Origin: a virus
Taxonomy: Duplodnaviria; Heunggongvirae; Uroviricota; Caudoviricetes
DNA: 64,000 nucleotides
Direction: 5' to 3' (one strand)
Virus record (IMG/VR): IMGVR_UViG_3300042896_000947
Location: 46,159-110,158 of that record
Shown: positions 18,500 to 27,523 of the stretch, piece after piece
Position numbering within the stretch: the first letter of the stretch is position 1
How the letters are laid out: the number at the start of each line of letters is the position of its first letter
Notes under the pieces: model-generated
Database searches by the model: none
The model's input: the letters and a program-made list of their open reading frames with translations, nothing else
What the model was told of the DNA's origin: nothing
Made by a program: the position numbers and the translations under genes

Positions 18500-18523
18500 T
18501 TTAGTCAGTCGATACTGACTAAA
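18500..18523. promoter_or_regulatory. Perfect 10-bp-arm palindrome TTTAGTCAGT-cgat-ACTGACTAAA followed by the CAACAA..AAGG leader of the next gene
   Basis: Seen directly. Lies 14 nt upstream of the ATG at 18538. Confidence 0.6.
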
Positions 18524-18537
18524 ACAACAAGGACACC

Positions 18538-18747
18538 ATGCAGCCCATCCACTACTCGCTCATCATCAATCTCATCGCCCTGCTGATCTGCGCCGGCCTG
18601 GCCTGGCTGTTCGCCGCGCCCTGGCTGGTGATCGTCGCCATGCTGATGCAGACGCATGCGCTGGAGCGTTTCCAGTCGCAGGCGAACCACCCGGACGAGG
18701 ACGACTACCCGGAGCAGCCGATGGGGTTCAACGCGGACATCAAATGA
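18538..18747 (+). CDS. Small membrane protein
   Basis: 69 aa with a hydrophobic N-terminal half. Confidence 0.4.
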   Translation: MQPIHYSLIINLIALLICAGLAWLFAAPWLVIVAMLMQTHALERFQSQANHPDEDDYPEQPMGFNADIK

Positions 18748-18843
18748 TTTGATAATCAGCGGTAGCTGATTGCATAACATGGGGTTCTGGTTACTATAAT
18801 GGTAGCCAGAACCCCTTTTTCATTTGAAACCCTCGGAAACACC

Positions 18844-19176
18844 ATGAGCAAAACATCGCAAGACCCCACCAAATACCACCGCGCCGGCATCGCCATCCCA
18901 CTGGCCCGCAAGGCCGAGCTGGACAGCCGCCTGGCGGCACTCGGGCTGAAGACGGTGGGCGAACTCGCCACGCTGTTCATCCTGGCGCCGGGCGTGGTCG
19001 AGGCGCTCAAGCCCATCGCCCAGGCGTTCCAGGCCGAGCAGGGCCGCGTGGAGAACAAGACCACCATCGCCCGGCGCGAAAAGCTGCTGGGTTCGCTCAA
19101 GGGCTTGCCGCCCAAGGAGATGGCCGCCATTCTGCGCGGCCTGGGCATCACCGCTGCCGTCGTGGAAGGCGAGTAA
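18844..19176 (+). CDS. Hypothetical protein
   Basis: ORF 18799..19176. Internal start MSKTSQDPTKY is preferred. Confidence 0.4.
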   Translation: MSKTSQDPTKYHRAGIAIPLARKAELDSRLAALGLKTVGELATLFILAPGVVEALKPIAQAFQAEQGRVENKTTIARREKLLGSLKGLPPKEMAAILRGLGITAAVVEGE

Positions 19177-19179
19177 GCC

Positions 19180-19713
19180 GTGGCCACCGCAATGGCCAGG
19201 ACATCGGCCGATCCGGGCTGGGCTGAGACCACCGTGCGCTGGCTGCGCACCAACCACCCGTCGTATGTGCCCCACCTGTCGAAGCGCCCTGCCAATGAGG
19301 TGCTGCTTCGGGCGCTCAAGACGATGCGCTGGCACCGGCACGAAATGGCGACCTTTGCCGAAGCGAAGTGGACGCAGCACCTGACCAGCGAATCAGAGGA
19401 CTGGACCATGCGCAAACACGCGGACCTGGTGAAGTTCCTGGAGGAGGGCGGCTATTCCGCGCTGGTCGAAAAAGCAAAGGAGAAGGCGATGAAAAGAGCA
19501 GGCGTCACCGCTGCGACCAAAGAAGTGCTGACTGTGACAGACCCGGCGACCGGCAAGACGGAGGAGATTGCCATGGACTTCGAGGAGGAGATCGAAGAAA
19601 AGCTTGCCCAGGAGGATCACGCACCGCGCTCGCAGCTGTCCCCCAAGCATGAGCTGGATGAGATCGTCGCCAGTGCGGCGCTCGCCAGCGACCCCCGGTT
19701 CGGTGTCTGGTAA
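19180..19713 (+). CDS. Hypothetical protein
   Basis: 177 aa ORF. Confidence 0.45.
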   Translation: MATAMARTSADPGWAETTVRWLRTNHPSYVPHLSKRPANEVLLRALKTMRWHRHEMATFAEAKWTQHLTSESEDWTMRKHADLVKFLEEGGYSALVEKAKEKAMKRAGVTAATKEVLTVTDPATGKTEEIAMDFEEEIEEKLAQEDHAPRSQLSPKHELDEIVASAALASDPRFGVW

Positions 19714-19725
19714 GGAGCGCACAGC

Positions 19726-20589
19726 ATGGCAAAACCAATGAACGACCTGCAGCGGCTGATCATGGGCCTGCAGATCGAGCAGCCGATGGGCGGAGACAGC
19801 GACCACTACAGCATGCGCTCGCACATGACGGCGCCTGCGGGCTACGGCAGAAGCACCTCAAGGGCGATCAGCGCGTCAGCGACGACCTCGACGACCTCGG
19901 GGGCCAAGTCCACGGCTGACGCGCTGACCCTGGAGAAGATGGCCGCCATGCTCAAGGCGGTCAGCCCGCTGATGCCGGCAGGGGCGTCCGGGTCGCCCTT
20001 GTTCGGAATGGCGTGGGACGACGACTTCTCGCTCAAGCCCTATGGGGCGGGAGGCAAGACGGCGCTTGAGGCGCTCACGGAGAAGGACAAGTCGGACTGG
20101 GAGACTGACATGCGCTCGACCCCGGCCGCCTTTTTCGATGTCGAGGGTCACAGCAAGGACAGGGAGCGCCGGGAGGCGCAAAAGGTGGCGGCAGGCATCA
20201 CCCGGCAGGCCACTGAGAATTCGATTGCCGCGATTCGGGCAGACTTCCCGCACCTCGCGGGTGGGCGTCTGGTGGCTGCAGGGGGTGGCAGCAATTTCGA
20301 GCGCCTGGTGGAGATCCTCAACGTCGCGAACTTCGACCGCGCAGACTATGGCTACAGCAACCATAGGGGCTACCAGGCATACCTGGAGGGCATGGCGAGA
20401 AAGTGGAACTTCAACGACCACCTGCGGCTCATCGAGCATGCGAAGCTGGTTGACCTGCCCATCGGGGTGCCCGTGGTCGAGAAGAAAGCGGGCGTATCAG
20501 ACCCCTGTGAGCTGCCCAGCGAGCTTGAGGCAGCCCTGCTGAGCGAAGCAGAGCGGGCGTATGGGAGCGCCGCGAGGGGTGGGTGGTAG
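19726..20589 (+). CDS. Hypothetical protein
   Basis: 287 aa ORF, followed by a strong terminator. Confidence 0.45.
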   Translation: MAKPMNDLQRLIMGLQIEQPMGGDSDHYSMRSHMTAPAGYGRSTSRAISASATTSTTSGAKSTADALTLEKMAAMLKAVSPLMPAGASGSPLFGMAWDDDFSLKPYGAGGKTALEALTEKDKSDWETDMRSTPAAFFDVEGHSKDRERREAQKVAAGITRQATENSIAAIRADFPHLAGGRLVAAGGGSNFERLVEILNVANFDRADYGYSNHRGYQAYLEGMARKWNFNDHLRLIEHAKLVDLPIGVPVVEKKAGVSDPCELPSELEAALLSEAERAYGSAARGGW

Positions 20590-20611
20590 CAGCGCGGGTG
20601 CCCTGTGCATG

Positions 20612-20652
20612 GCGTGCTTGAAAAGGGGGTGGCGAGAGCCACCCCCTTTTTT
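20612..20652. terminator. Bidirectional intrinsic terminator AAAAGGGGGTGGC-gaga-GCCACCCCCTTTTTT
   Basis: Perfect 13-bp stem with flanking A and T runs. Ends the plus-strand block. Confidence 0.75.
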
Positions 20653-21268
20653 GTTTCGCGGGCGCGGCCCAGCCGAAATTTTTGCTACCTATAAGGACGA
20701 GAGGGCCAGGCGGCGCCAGGATTTTTGGCGAATGTGATCTACGTATGGGTTCCGGTGGAGGTCGGGAAGTTGGGTCGGTGGAGTTTGGGTTCTGGGAGGT
20801 CGGTCGGGTGCCGGGTGCCGAGGGGAGGACTTCCGGGAGTCGGGCAGAAGCGTGTCTGTTCTGCTCTGGTGGCGTGGCCACCTATAAGGACCGAAGTGCA
20901 GCCTGGAAAAAACTGGCGTGAAGGGCTTCAACCAAAATCGAATACCCCTAGGGGTATGAAGGTCTTTGATGCTATCGTAATGATAGCATGCTCTGCTATC
21001 AATTTGCTAGCAGTCGAGACCGATAGAAAAGTCACGCTCAAAACCGCTATCATTTTCATAGCTAAGATTGCTACTAAAATCATAGCAGAGTGTATCTTCA
21101 ATGCTATCATTATCATAGCGCATAGGTTCGCAAATTGTGCGGGCATCATGCGCAAGCGTCGCGCGTTTAGCATTGCGCAGGGTTCGCGCGATTTTCAGGG
21201 ATGCGGGAGAGAGTGTAGAACGGGTCATTGTGGGGTCTCGATTTAAGGGGTTGTGCGGGCTTGTATGG

Positions 21269-21292
21269 GGCTAAGTCAGTAATGACTTAGCC
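21269..21292. promoter_or_regulatory. Palindrome GGCTAAGTCA-gtaa-TGACTTAGCC
   Basis: Perfect 10-bp arms, just downstream of the 21302..21910 gene. Confidence 0.55.
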
Positions 21293-21301
21293 CGGGCTTA
21301 A

Positions 21302-21910
21302 TTACGCTTTGTCTGCCCCTTGCATGAGGGTTTCAAGCTGCCCAGCGCTCATGCTGTCAATCACTTTGAAAAACTTGATAATCGCGGGATGCTCATGGTT
21401 TAAGAAAACTTCACGGTCGTGCGTCGGGTGTGCATAGGTCATTCCCAAGTGTTGCATGAACCCGTTTTTACCAATCGAATTGCTGACCTTTGTGGGCACG
21501 GTCGTAACCCCGTGCGCCCCTTTGATTTTCGCGTTAACTGCGCCCAAGCCCACGCCCCGAGTATTCACAGCGTCGCTACGCTTGTTAGCAGCGAGTGCGG
21601 TAAGCGCGCCCGTGGTAAGGTTGAATTCGCCCGCTTCGCGCATGCTGACCAACAAACGCGCATGCGTTTTATCGAACATGGTAGAAACGCCCGCTGTGAT
21701 CGCGTTAACAAACTGGGTTGTGCGTTTGAGTTGCTTTTGGTTGAAGGTCATAACCAGCGCCCACTCGATCCCGAGTTTTTCACCTTCAACCATCGTCGTC
21801 GGGGAAAAGTAGTGATTTGAGCGTTCTGACAAGCACGCAAGCAAATCGGTAGAATTTGCAGCTTTGTGCGCTTTGATCATTGAAACCAGAACATTGTAAG
21901 AGTTTGACAT
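21302..21910 (-). CDS. Hypothetical protein in a low-GC island (possible regulatory or antirepressor-like moron)
   Basis: 202 aa ORF with markedly lower GC than its surroundings. An operator-like palindrome triplet lies about 200 bp upstream. Confidence 0.5.
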   Translation of the reverse strand: MSNSYNVLVSMIKAHKAANSTDLLACLSERSNHYFSPTTMVEGEKLGIEWALVMTFNQKQLKRTTQFVNAITAGVSTMFDKTHARLLVSMREAGEFNLTTGALTALAANKRSDAVNTRGVGLGAVNAKIKGAHGVTTVPTKVSNSIGKNGFMQHLGMTYAHPTHDREVFLNHEHPAIIKFFKVIDSMSAGQLETLMQGADKA

Positions 21911-22126
21911 TTGAGACCTTTTTTTAAACCCTGCTTTATTGCAGTGATGTCATTGTATGCGCTTTATGCACCTTTTTACTAGGTGTAAACCCTAGTAATT
22001 AGTTTTATAAGTAGTCGGGGCTTTTCTAACAAAGTGGGCGCATGAGTGCGGGCGCGAATAGCATAAATTTAGGGGATTGTCAAATTTATTTTAGACCCCT
22101 AACTCTTATGTCTTATGTCTTATATA

Positions 22127-22185
22127 AGAGTAAAAGCAGTCTTATATAAGACCATGGTCAGGTCTTATATAAGAGTGACAACACG
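22127..22185. promoter_or_regulatory. Three 14-bp palindromic operator-like sites GTCTTATATAAGAC/G spaced 22-23 bp apart
   Basis: Copies at 22127-22140, 22149-22162 (perfect palindrome) and 22172-22185. Confidence 0.55.
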
Positions 22186-22354
22186 ATTTAAGCGATTATT
22201 TTCGTTATGCACCCGATAGGGTTAGGGGTGCATAAAAAATCGCTCTGAGACCGTTCTGATGCGTTTTCACCATTTTGGTGCATAAATATAGAATCGGGTT
22301 TTTATGCTTTTCAGCTATATCAGGGTTTACCCTAACAGCCCGACCAAAATTCGC

Positions 22355-22495
22355 TGCTTAGACAATCATTGTCTAAGCAATAATTGAAGTGACGATGATT
22401 GTCTAAGCAATAATTGAAGTGACGATGATTGTCTAAGCAATCATTGCCCAAGCAATGATTCGCACCTCGATGATTGCCCAAGCAATCATCGACTT
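22355..22495. repeat. Iteron-like tandem 29-bp direct repeats (TGATTGTCTAAGCAATAATTGAAGTGACGA, 2.7 copies) plus palindromes TTAGACAAT-C-ATTGTCTAA and CGATGATTGC-ccaa-GCAATCATCG
   Basis: Seen directly. Adjacent to the AT-rich stretch 21911-22330. Origin-like architecture. Confidence 0.55.
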
Positions 22496-22720
22496 TGGGC
22501 AAAATCGGAGCGCCCAGTCATGGACCGCCGCCGAATACAAAATCTGCCGACTCTCAGTCAAGGACCAGAGCCGAATACAAAATCGGCCCCGCCCCGCTGC
22601 GCCGCCGACTCTCAGTCAAGGACCGCTGCCGAATACAAAAATCGGCCCGCCGAGTCCTGGTCATCATCCTGGTCTTGGTCCTGGTTTGCGTCCTCCCGGG
22701 AGTCCTGAATTGCGGGCGCA

Positions 22721-22741
22721 AAAAAGGGGTCCGAAGACCCC
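22721..22741 (-). terminator. Intrinsic terminator GGGGUCUUCGGACCCC + U6 ending the cassette array
   Basis: Minus-strand hairpin plus T-run immediately after the stop at 22769. Confidence 0.6.
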
Positions 22742-22768
22742 GTGCTGAAAAGGGCTTGCGCCCTCTTT

Positions 22769-23095
22769 TTAGACCCCGCCCAGCATCTGCCCCAAAACCC
22801 GCTCTGTGATTTTGTTCGCGTAGAACAGAGCAGCTTCTACCGGGTCATTGAACGCCCATGCAGCGCGAAATGTGAACTGATCAAGGGTCGAGTGACCATC
22901 GAAGAAGAAAACCCAGTCATCGGGCTCTGTGACCTCGTAATGGTCAACCACAAAGGTGGTCGCGCCCTCGTCTGACTCGTAAGCGTCGATTGAAAAATAA
23001 TGCTTGCCCTGCGTGACAACAAAATTGCCCCCATCGGTCGATGCGCTGCAAGTAGCGACGAGTTCAGCGATTTCGGTGAGTGTGAGATTTTTCAT
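22769..23095 (-). CDS. Cassette gene, small acidic hypothetical protein (108 aa)
   Basis: Start MKNLTLTEIAELV preceded by the conserved leader GAGATAATTGATACTTCAACAACACAAGGTCTT-ATG. Confidence 0.5.
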   Translation of the reverse strand: MKNLTLTEIAELVATCSASTDGGNFVVTQGKHYFSIDAYESDEGATTFVVDHYEVTEPDDWVFFFDGHSTLDQFTFRAAWAFNDPVEAALFYANKITERVLGQMLGGV

Positions 23096-23213
23096 AAGAC
23101 CTTGTGTTGTTGAAGTATCAATTATCTCGGGGTGCTGTCGGATTTGACGCTTCAAAACCGGCCCTGAAAACCCTCTTCGGACCCGGGTTAGGACCAGCTG
23201 AGCCTAGGATCGG

Positions 23214-23303
<90 letters not shown>

Positions 23304-23352
23304 AAGTTCTGGGCGAAGAAAAAGGACCGAAGCCCCATTTCCTCCCTTGCGC

Positions 23353-23727
23353 TTATTCGCGGTACGCTTTGTCTCGGCCCAGGGCTTTGTGCAGCGCAAT
23401 CGCATCACGAACGGCAGTGCCCGTCTCTGCAAGCCCCCAGACATCGGAACCGGTGCTGATGGTCACGTCCCATGTCTCAGAGCGTTCGGCAGTCTCTGCA
23501 TCTTCCCCGCTGTGCGTCTGGTAGGAGATGGTCACCATACCCTCGTCGGAGTCGTGACAGGCGTAGAAGTAGTGCTGGGTGTCACGCTCGCAAAACGGCG
23601 CGCACACGGTCATGCTGTGGTCGGCGCTGGTCTCGAAAAACTGCATGTTCCCGTGCAGGCCCGGGTTGGTCGGGATTGCAAAGGCGGGAGAGAGGGCGAT
23701 AATGATGGAGTCGAATCGTGAGGGCAT
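23353..23727 (-). CDS. Cassette gene, hypothetical protein (124 aa)
   Basis: Start MPSRFDS chosen because the leader ..GGTACAACACCACAGGTTCTCCAA-ATG matches the conserved box. The palindrome TGTCAG-ga-CTGACTGA (23790-23805) lies just upstream. Confidence 0.45.
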   Translation of the reverse strand: MPSRFDSIIIALSPAFAIPTNPGLHGNMQFFETSADHSMTVCAPFCERDTQHYFYACHDSDEGMVTISYQTHSGEDAETAERSETWDVTISTGSDVWGLAETGTAVRDAIALHKALGRDKAYRE

Positions 23728-23823
23728 TTGGAGAACCTGTGGTGTTGTACCGGGAAACCGCTTCCCGATACATTGATTATGGGGGCACATGTCAGGACTG
23801 ACTGATTCAGACCAGGCTGTGAA

Positions 23824-24057
23824 TCAGCGAATGCGGTAGATGCCCCGGGTTTGGCCCGTCGACCAGCTCTTCGGCTTGCTCAGCTGGTGGTAGATCAGGC
23901 TCAGAAGCGAGAGCGTCACCAGCAGGCCCAGCGCAAGCAGGCAGTTGTTGCGCTCGCCGAGTGCAGCGAAGACCAGCGAGGTGGCGCCCGCAGCGATGGC
24001 GCACAAGCCCGCAATGAGGGTCATGGCGGTGTAGTAAAAGGCGTGCGGTGATTTCAT
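23824..24057 (-). CDS. Cassette gene, small membrane protein (77 aa)
   Basis: MKSPHAFYYTAMTLIAGL.., two predicted TM helices. Conserved leader GACAATTGAGACTCAACAACACAGGGTCTCAC-ATG. Confidence 0.5.
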   Translation of the reverse strand: MKSPHAFYYTAMTLIAGLCAIAAGATSLVFAALGERNNCLLALGLLVTLSLLSLIYHQLSKPKSWSTGQTRGIYRIR

Positions 24058-24160
24058 GTGAGACCCTGTGTTGTTGAGTCTCAATTGTCTCGACCTAGCA
24101 TAGGCTATGCTGCCCTACCCCAGGCTGCGATTGACCGCGTCCTGAGCCTAATTTAAGGGC

Positions 24161-24182
24161 AGAAAAGCGGGGCCGAAGCCCC
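24161..24182 (-). terminator. Cassette terminator GGGGCUUCGGCCCC + UUUU
   Basis: Hairpin with UUCG loop followed by a T-run on the minus strand, directly after the stop at 24188. Near-identical copies at 25763-25784, 26207-26226, 26718-26746 and 51441-51458, and degenerate copies elsewhere. Confidence 0.6.
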
Positions 24183-24187
24183 TGTGC

Positions 24188-24502
24188 TTACCAGTTCATC
24201 TCTTCCTTCATTTGCGCTGCGACCGCATCAATCGCCTGGTGGTGGGTCAGCCCCTGCCGATGATCGACGCACAGTGCGCCGTTCTCGTCGATTTCGGTGA
24301 AAACCATCACCTCGTAAATGGAGTATTCCTGAAACCTGGTCACCGGGATCATCAGGATCGAGCAGCGGTCTTTCGTGTTTGCATCCCGGGGGTCGGACAC
24401 CACCCAAGCTGCGCTATCTTCGAGCGCGTTGAATTCCGCTTTGGTGTAGTTGGGCAGCATGGTGTCGCGGTCAGAGGCAATGCGGGGGCGAATCGTGTTC
24501 AT
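24188..24502 (-). CDS. Cassette gene, hypothetical protein (104 aa)
   Basis: Start MNTIRPRIASD. Leader TTGATACTTGAATCTTCAACAACACAACAAGGTCTCACCC-ATG. Confidence 0.5.
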   Translation of the reverse strand: MNTIRPRIASDRDTMLPNYTKAEFNALEDSAAWVVSDPRDANTKDRCSILMIPVTRFQEYSIYEVMVFTEIDENGALCVDHRQGLTHHQAIDAVAAQMKEEMNW

Positions 24503-24582
24503 GGGTGAGACCTTGTTGTGTTGTTGAAGATTCAAGTATCAAGCAGGGGTGCAGGCTGCTGAGCCCACACCCAGGCTGCGTG

Positions 24583-24810
24583 TCAGTCGAACAGGTCTTC
24601 ACCCAGGACGTAGCGGTTGACGAACTCCTCGTCGTCGATGATCTCCAGCCCCTCAAGCTCATCGGCTTCGCTGTCGAACCAGTCATCCTCGTCGTTCAGG
24701 TTCACGTTGAACTGCTGCTGAAACCCGGCGATCTCTTCAGGCGTCATGTGCTTGCGCGGGTTGGTCAGCGCATCAAAGCAGTCAGGCTGGTGGTAGTTGC
24801 TACGGGACAT
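24583..24810 (-). CDS. Cassette gene, small highly acidic protein (75 aa)
   Basis: MSRSNYHQPDCFDAL.., D/E-rich C-terminal half. Conserved leader. Confidence 0.5.
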   Translation of the reverse strand: MSRSNYHQPDCFDALTNPRKHMTPEEIAGFQQQFNVNLNDEDDWFDSEADELEGLEIIDDEEFVNRYVLGEDLFD

Positions 24811-25089
24811 GGTGAGAACCTTTCGTTGTTGTGAGTCTTTAGTGTCAGACCCACCCCCAGGCTTGCGCCCAGCCCCACCAGGCTGCGAATCACCGCGTCC
24901 TACCCTAGCCTACCGTGTCCTACCCTGTCCTAGTCTGCTCTGCCACAGTCCTGTGCATGAGCCGAGCGCGGCTGGCGTGGGCCTATGTGTATCAGGCCCC
25001 GCAGCCGAATACAGATTCGGAGGGGCCTATCGTGCTGGGCAGCCGAATACGCTGCCTACTCCCGGGAGCAAGGGCCGAAGCCCCGGTGC

Positions 25090-25347
25090 TTACTCTGACC
25101 TGAAGGTCTCGCCCACGGTCAGGCTCTCGATGCCCATGCTGCCCAACTTGAAGACCATCTGCCCGTAGGCGCTGGTTTTGTCGAGCTTGGTGTGCTCGAC
25201 CAGGAAGCACGCATGCGCTTCGTTCATCTTGTCCATGAACGAGATCGTCATTTCAGTGTCACCGTCGAAGCAGGAAAATTCGATGAATTCGTTTTCGTAG
25301 CTGGAGCTGTCGCTGAGAGAGATGGCGGTGATTTCGGTGGTGAGCAT
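25090..25347 (-). CDS. Cassette gene, small acidic protein (85 aa)
   Basis: Start MLTTEITAISL. Leader GACAATTGAATTTCATCTACATAAAGGTTCCCACC-ATG. Confidence 0.45.
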   Translation of the reverse strand: MLTTEITAISLSDSSSYENEFIEFSCFDGDTEMTISFMDKMNEAHACFLVEHTKLDKTSAYGQMVFKLGSMGIESLTVGETFRSE

Positions 25348-25422
25348 GGTGGGAACCTTTATGTAGATGAAATTCAATTGTCAGGGCAGGGTGCAGGCAC
25401 GGGCGCTGCACCCCGGCTGCGT

Positions 25423-25623
25423 TCAGGTCGCCCAGGTGCCGATCTGCTGCCCGTCGAGCGTGATGACGGCAGAGTTGAAGACATACTGGCGCAGGTAACC
25501 CTTGAGGTCGGACAGCTCGGTGTCGTGACCCTCGGCAAGCGTCTTGTGGGCGAGCAGTCTGTCGGTGACGCTCGACCTGATCTGGAGCGCGCCCTTGGTG
25601 AGCTTGGCGGTGAGTGTGAGCAT
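25423..25623 (-). CDS. Cassette gene, hypothetical protein (66 aa)
   Basis: Conserved leader GACAATCAAAGCTCACAACAACGAAAGGTTCCC-ATG. Confidence 0.45.
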   Translation of the reverse strand: MLTLTAKLTKGALQIRSSVTDRLLAHKTLAEGHDTELSDLKGYLRQYVFNSAVITLDGQQIGTWAT

Positions 25624-25786
25624 GGGAACCTTTCGTTGTTGTGAGCTTTGATTGTCACGCCCTACCCTAGGCTAGTGAGCCCCATGCTCGGCCCCCACCC
25701 CCATCAGCCTAGTTCTGGGCCTAAGCCTGACCCTCCCCCTCCTAAGCCTAAGTTCGCGACCCAAAAATGGGGCCGAAGCCCCATGC

Positions 25787-26101
25787 TCACCCGTGACTGA
25801 TCACGATGCTGTGGTTCTTGGAAAGCTCACGCTCATGCTCTGCGACAGCTTGAGCGATCTCGCTCATGTGCATCATCAAGATACCGGGCCGAACGCTCTT
25901 GTCGGTGCTAAATTCGATCTCGACTTCCCACTCCGAAATCGTGCCCTTTTCGTGGTCGAGGTAACCCTGATCAAAGGGGTAGGTCTTGGTGTAAGTGATT
26001 CGCACATTGGAACCGTAGTCGCCCACTTGGTAATGAAAGCAAACAACCTTGCTGTCTGAAGAGTTGGAAGTGACTTCGATACCGTCGAGTAATTCATTCA
26101 T
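25787..26101 (-). CDS. Cassette gene, small acidic protein (104 aa)
   Basis: Leader GATAATTGATACTTCAACAACAAAGGGCTCTCAA-ATG. Terminator at 25763-25784. Confidence 0.5.
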   Translation of the reverse strand: MNELLDGIEVTSNSSDSKVVCFHYQVGDYGSNVRITYTKTYPFDQGYLDHEKGTISEWEVEIEFSTDKSVRPGILMMHMSEIAQAVAEHERELSKNHSIVISHG

Positions 26102-26231
26102 TTGAGAGCCCTTTGTTGTTGAAGTATCAATTATCTGACCCTACCCTAGGCTACGGTAGGGCAGTGCAGGCTGCGTAATCCCGTCCTAGTCCTAATTTGC
26201 GGGCAGCAAAAAGGGGCCGAAGCCCCGGTGC

Positions 26232-26498
26232 TTACGTTTCAAATGTTCGCCCGACCAGCTCGGACGGGTCGCCCTTGTATTGCACATCCCAGTATTCATC
26301 GGACTCTGTGAAGCAATGCACCGCGAACTCAAACAAAGGCAGACTGCCCTCGGTCTCCCAGATCGCTTGAATCTCGGACCCGGTGAGCGTCTTGGTCTCT
26401 GTGAACTTGTCGTATTCAGCACCGACCCCAAACGTGTAGGTGTCGGACTCTGCGTCGTATGCTTTCAAAATGATAGCGATTGATTCGGTGATAGTCAT
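26232..26498 (-). CDS. Cassette gene, small acidic protein (88 aa)
   Basis: Leader GATAATTGAATCTCAACAACACAAGGTTCTT-ATG. Terminator at 26207-26226. Confidence 0.5.
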   Translation of the reverse strand: MTITESIAIILKAYDAESDTYTFGVGAEYDKFTETKTLTGSEIQAIWETEGSLPLFEFAVHCFTESDEYWDVQYKGDPSELVGRTFET

Positions 26499-26748
26499 AA
26501 GAACCTTGTGTTGTTGAGATTCAATTATCTGACCCTACCCTAGGCTGCACCACCCTATGCTAGGCTGCCCGCATGCAGCCGATAGCGCAGCCGAGCCCCG
26601 CCTAAGCCTGGTCTGGGTCTGCCTGCTCCCGGGAGCACCAGCGCCCCGCTCGGCGCCCCGTCCTATGCCTATCGTGCTGCCCAGCCGAATACCGAAGCCT
26701 GGGCCTAAATCGAGGTCAAAAAAAAGGGAAGGGCCGAAGCCCTCCCGA

Positions 26749-27069
26749 TCACTCCTCGAACAAGTCCTGCACAATGAGCACCAGCGCGTCCTTCATGGGG
26801 GTGAGCGTGTCCTGCTCGCAGTCTGCCCAGGTCCGCATCTCGTAGCCGACGATGGTGACGGTGCGGGCCAAGCCCGATGCTTCATGCACGGGGCCGATGT
26901 ATGCGAAGCTGTCGTGGGTCTCCTGGGTGCATTCCTGGGGGCTCACGTCGGTCTCCTCGTCGTAGGTGACCGCGATTTGCCCTTGGTAGAACCCTGCGCT
27001 GTCCGAGACCTCATAGACCTTCAAGGACAGGGCGTTGTTGATGTAGACGGGGTTGACGGAGATTGTCAT
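26749..27069 (-). CDS. Cassette gene, small acidic protein (106 aa)
   Basis: Leader GACACTAAAGACCTCAACAACAAAAGGTCTCACC-ATG. Terminator GGGAGGGCUUCGGCCCUUCCC + U8 at 26718-26746. Confidence 0.5.
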   Translation of the reverse strand: MTISVNPVYINNALSLKVYEVSDSAGFYQGQIAVTYDEETDVSPQECTQETHDSFAYIGPVHEASGLARTVTIVGYEMRTWADCEQDTLTPMKDALVLIVQDLFEE

Positions 27070-27247
27070 GGTGAGACCTTTTGTTGTTGAGGTCTTTAGT
27101 GTCGAGCAGGGGTCTAGGCTACCCTGCCCTATGCTAGGCCCCGTGCGGGTGTCCTAACTCACAGCCGACCCCCCCCACCCCCGCCAGCCTAAGTTTGGGC
27201 CTAGTTTTAAGCCTAAGCCTGGTCAAAAGCAGGCTCTTTGCTCGGCT

Positions 27248-27523
27248 GTGAGGTTGGCCCCCCTGTAAAAGCTACCCCTCCGAGTGGGGTGAATTAAAAT
27301 AAAACCCCCGTACAGCCCCTCTACAGGGGTTTTGGCACTGGAGCCTACTTTTACAGGGGGTCCAACCTCGGGCCTAAGCCTGAGCCTGTCGTGCCGAGCA
27401 GCCGAACACAAAATGGGCCGAAATGGTCAAGGATTCGAGCCGAATATCAGGAAAACGGGCCGAATTCATCAAGGACCAGAGCCGAATGCGGAATTTGGCT
27501 AGGGGTAGCTTTTACAGGGGGTC
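27248..27523. mobile_element. MITE-like element: 121-bp unit (27248-27368) with ~27-bp terminal inverted repeats GGTTGGCCCCCCTGTAAAAGCTACCCC / GGAGCCTACTTTTACAGGGGGTCCAACC, and a third TIR copy at 27494-27523
   Basis: Inverted and direct copies of CTTTTACAGGGGGTCCAACC seen directly. An internal hairpin CCCC-tctaca-GGGG + TTTT. Five ~21-bp GCCGAAT-containing tandem repeats between the TIR copies. Confidence 0.35.

Noticed and set aside
20725-21246. 173-aa plus-strand ORF
   Set aside because: Spans a G-rich repeat unit and then the low-GC island with an abrupt composition change. No RBS. More likely non-coding.
22455-22975. Plus-strand ORFs 22455..22748, 22474..22809, 22520..22708 and 22742..22975
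   Set aside because: They translate the iteron, GCCGAATACAAAAT and TCCTGG repeat region, or run antisense to a cassette gene. Low-complexity products.
27240-27370. tRNA-like or structured RNA in the inverted-repeat element
   Set aside because: I could not fold a cloverleaf or find an anticodon arm. The symmetry is better explained by terminal inverted repeats.
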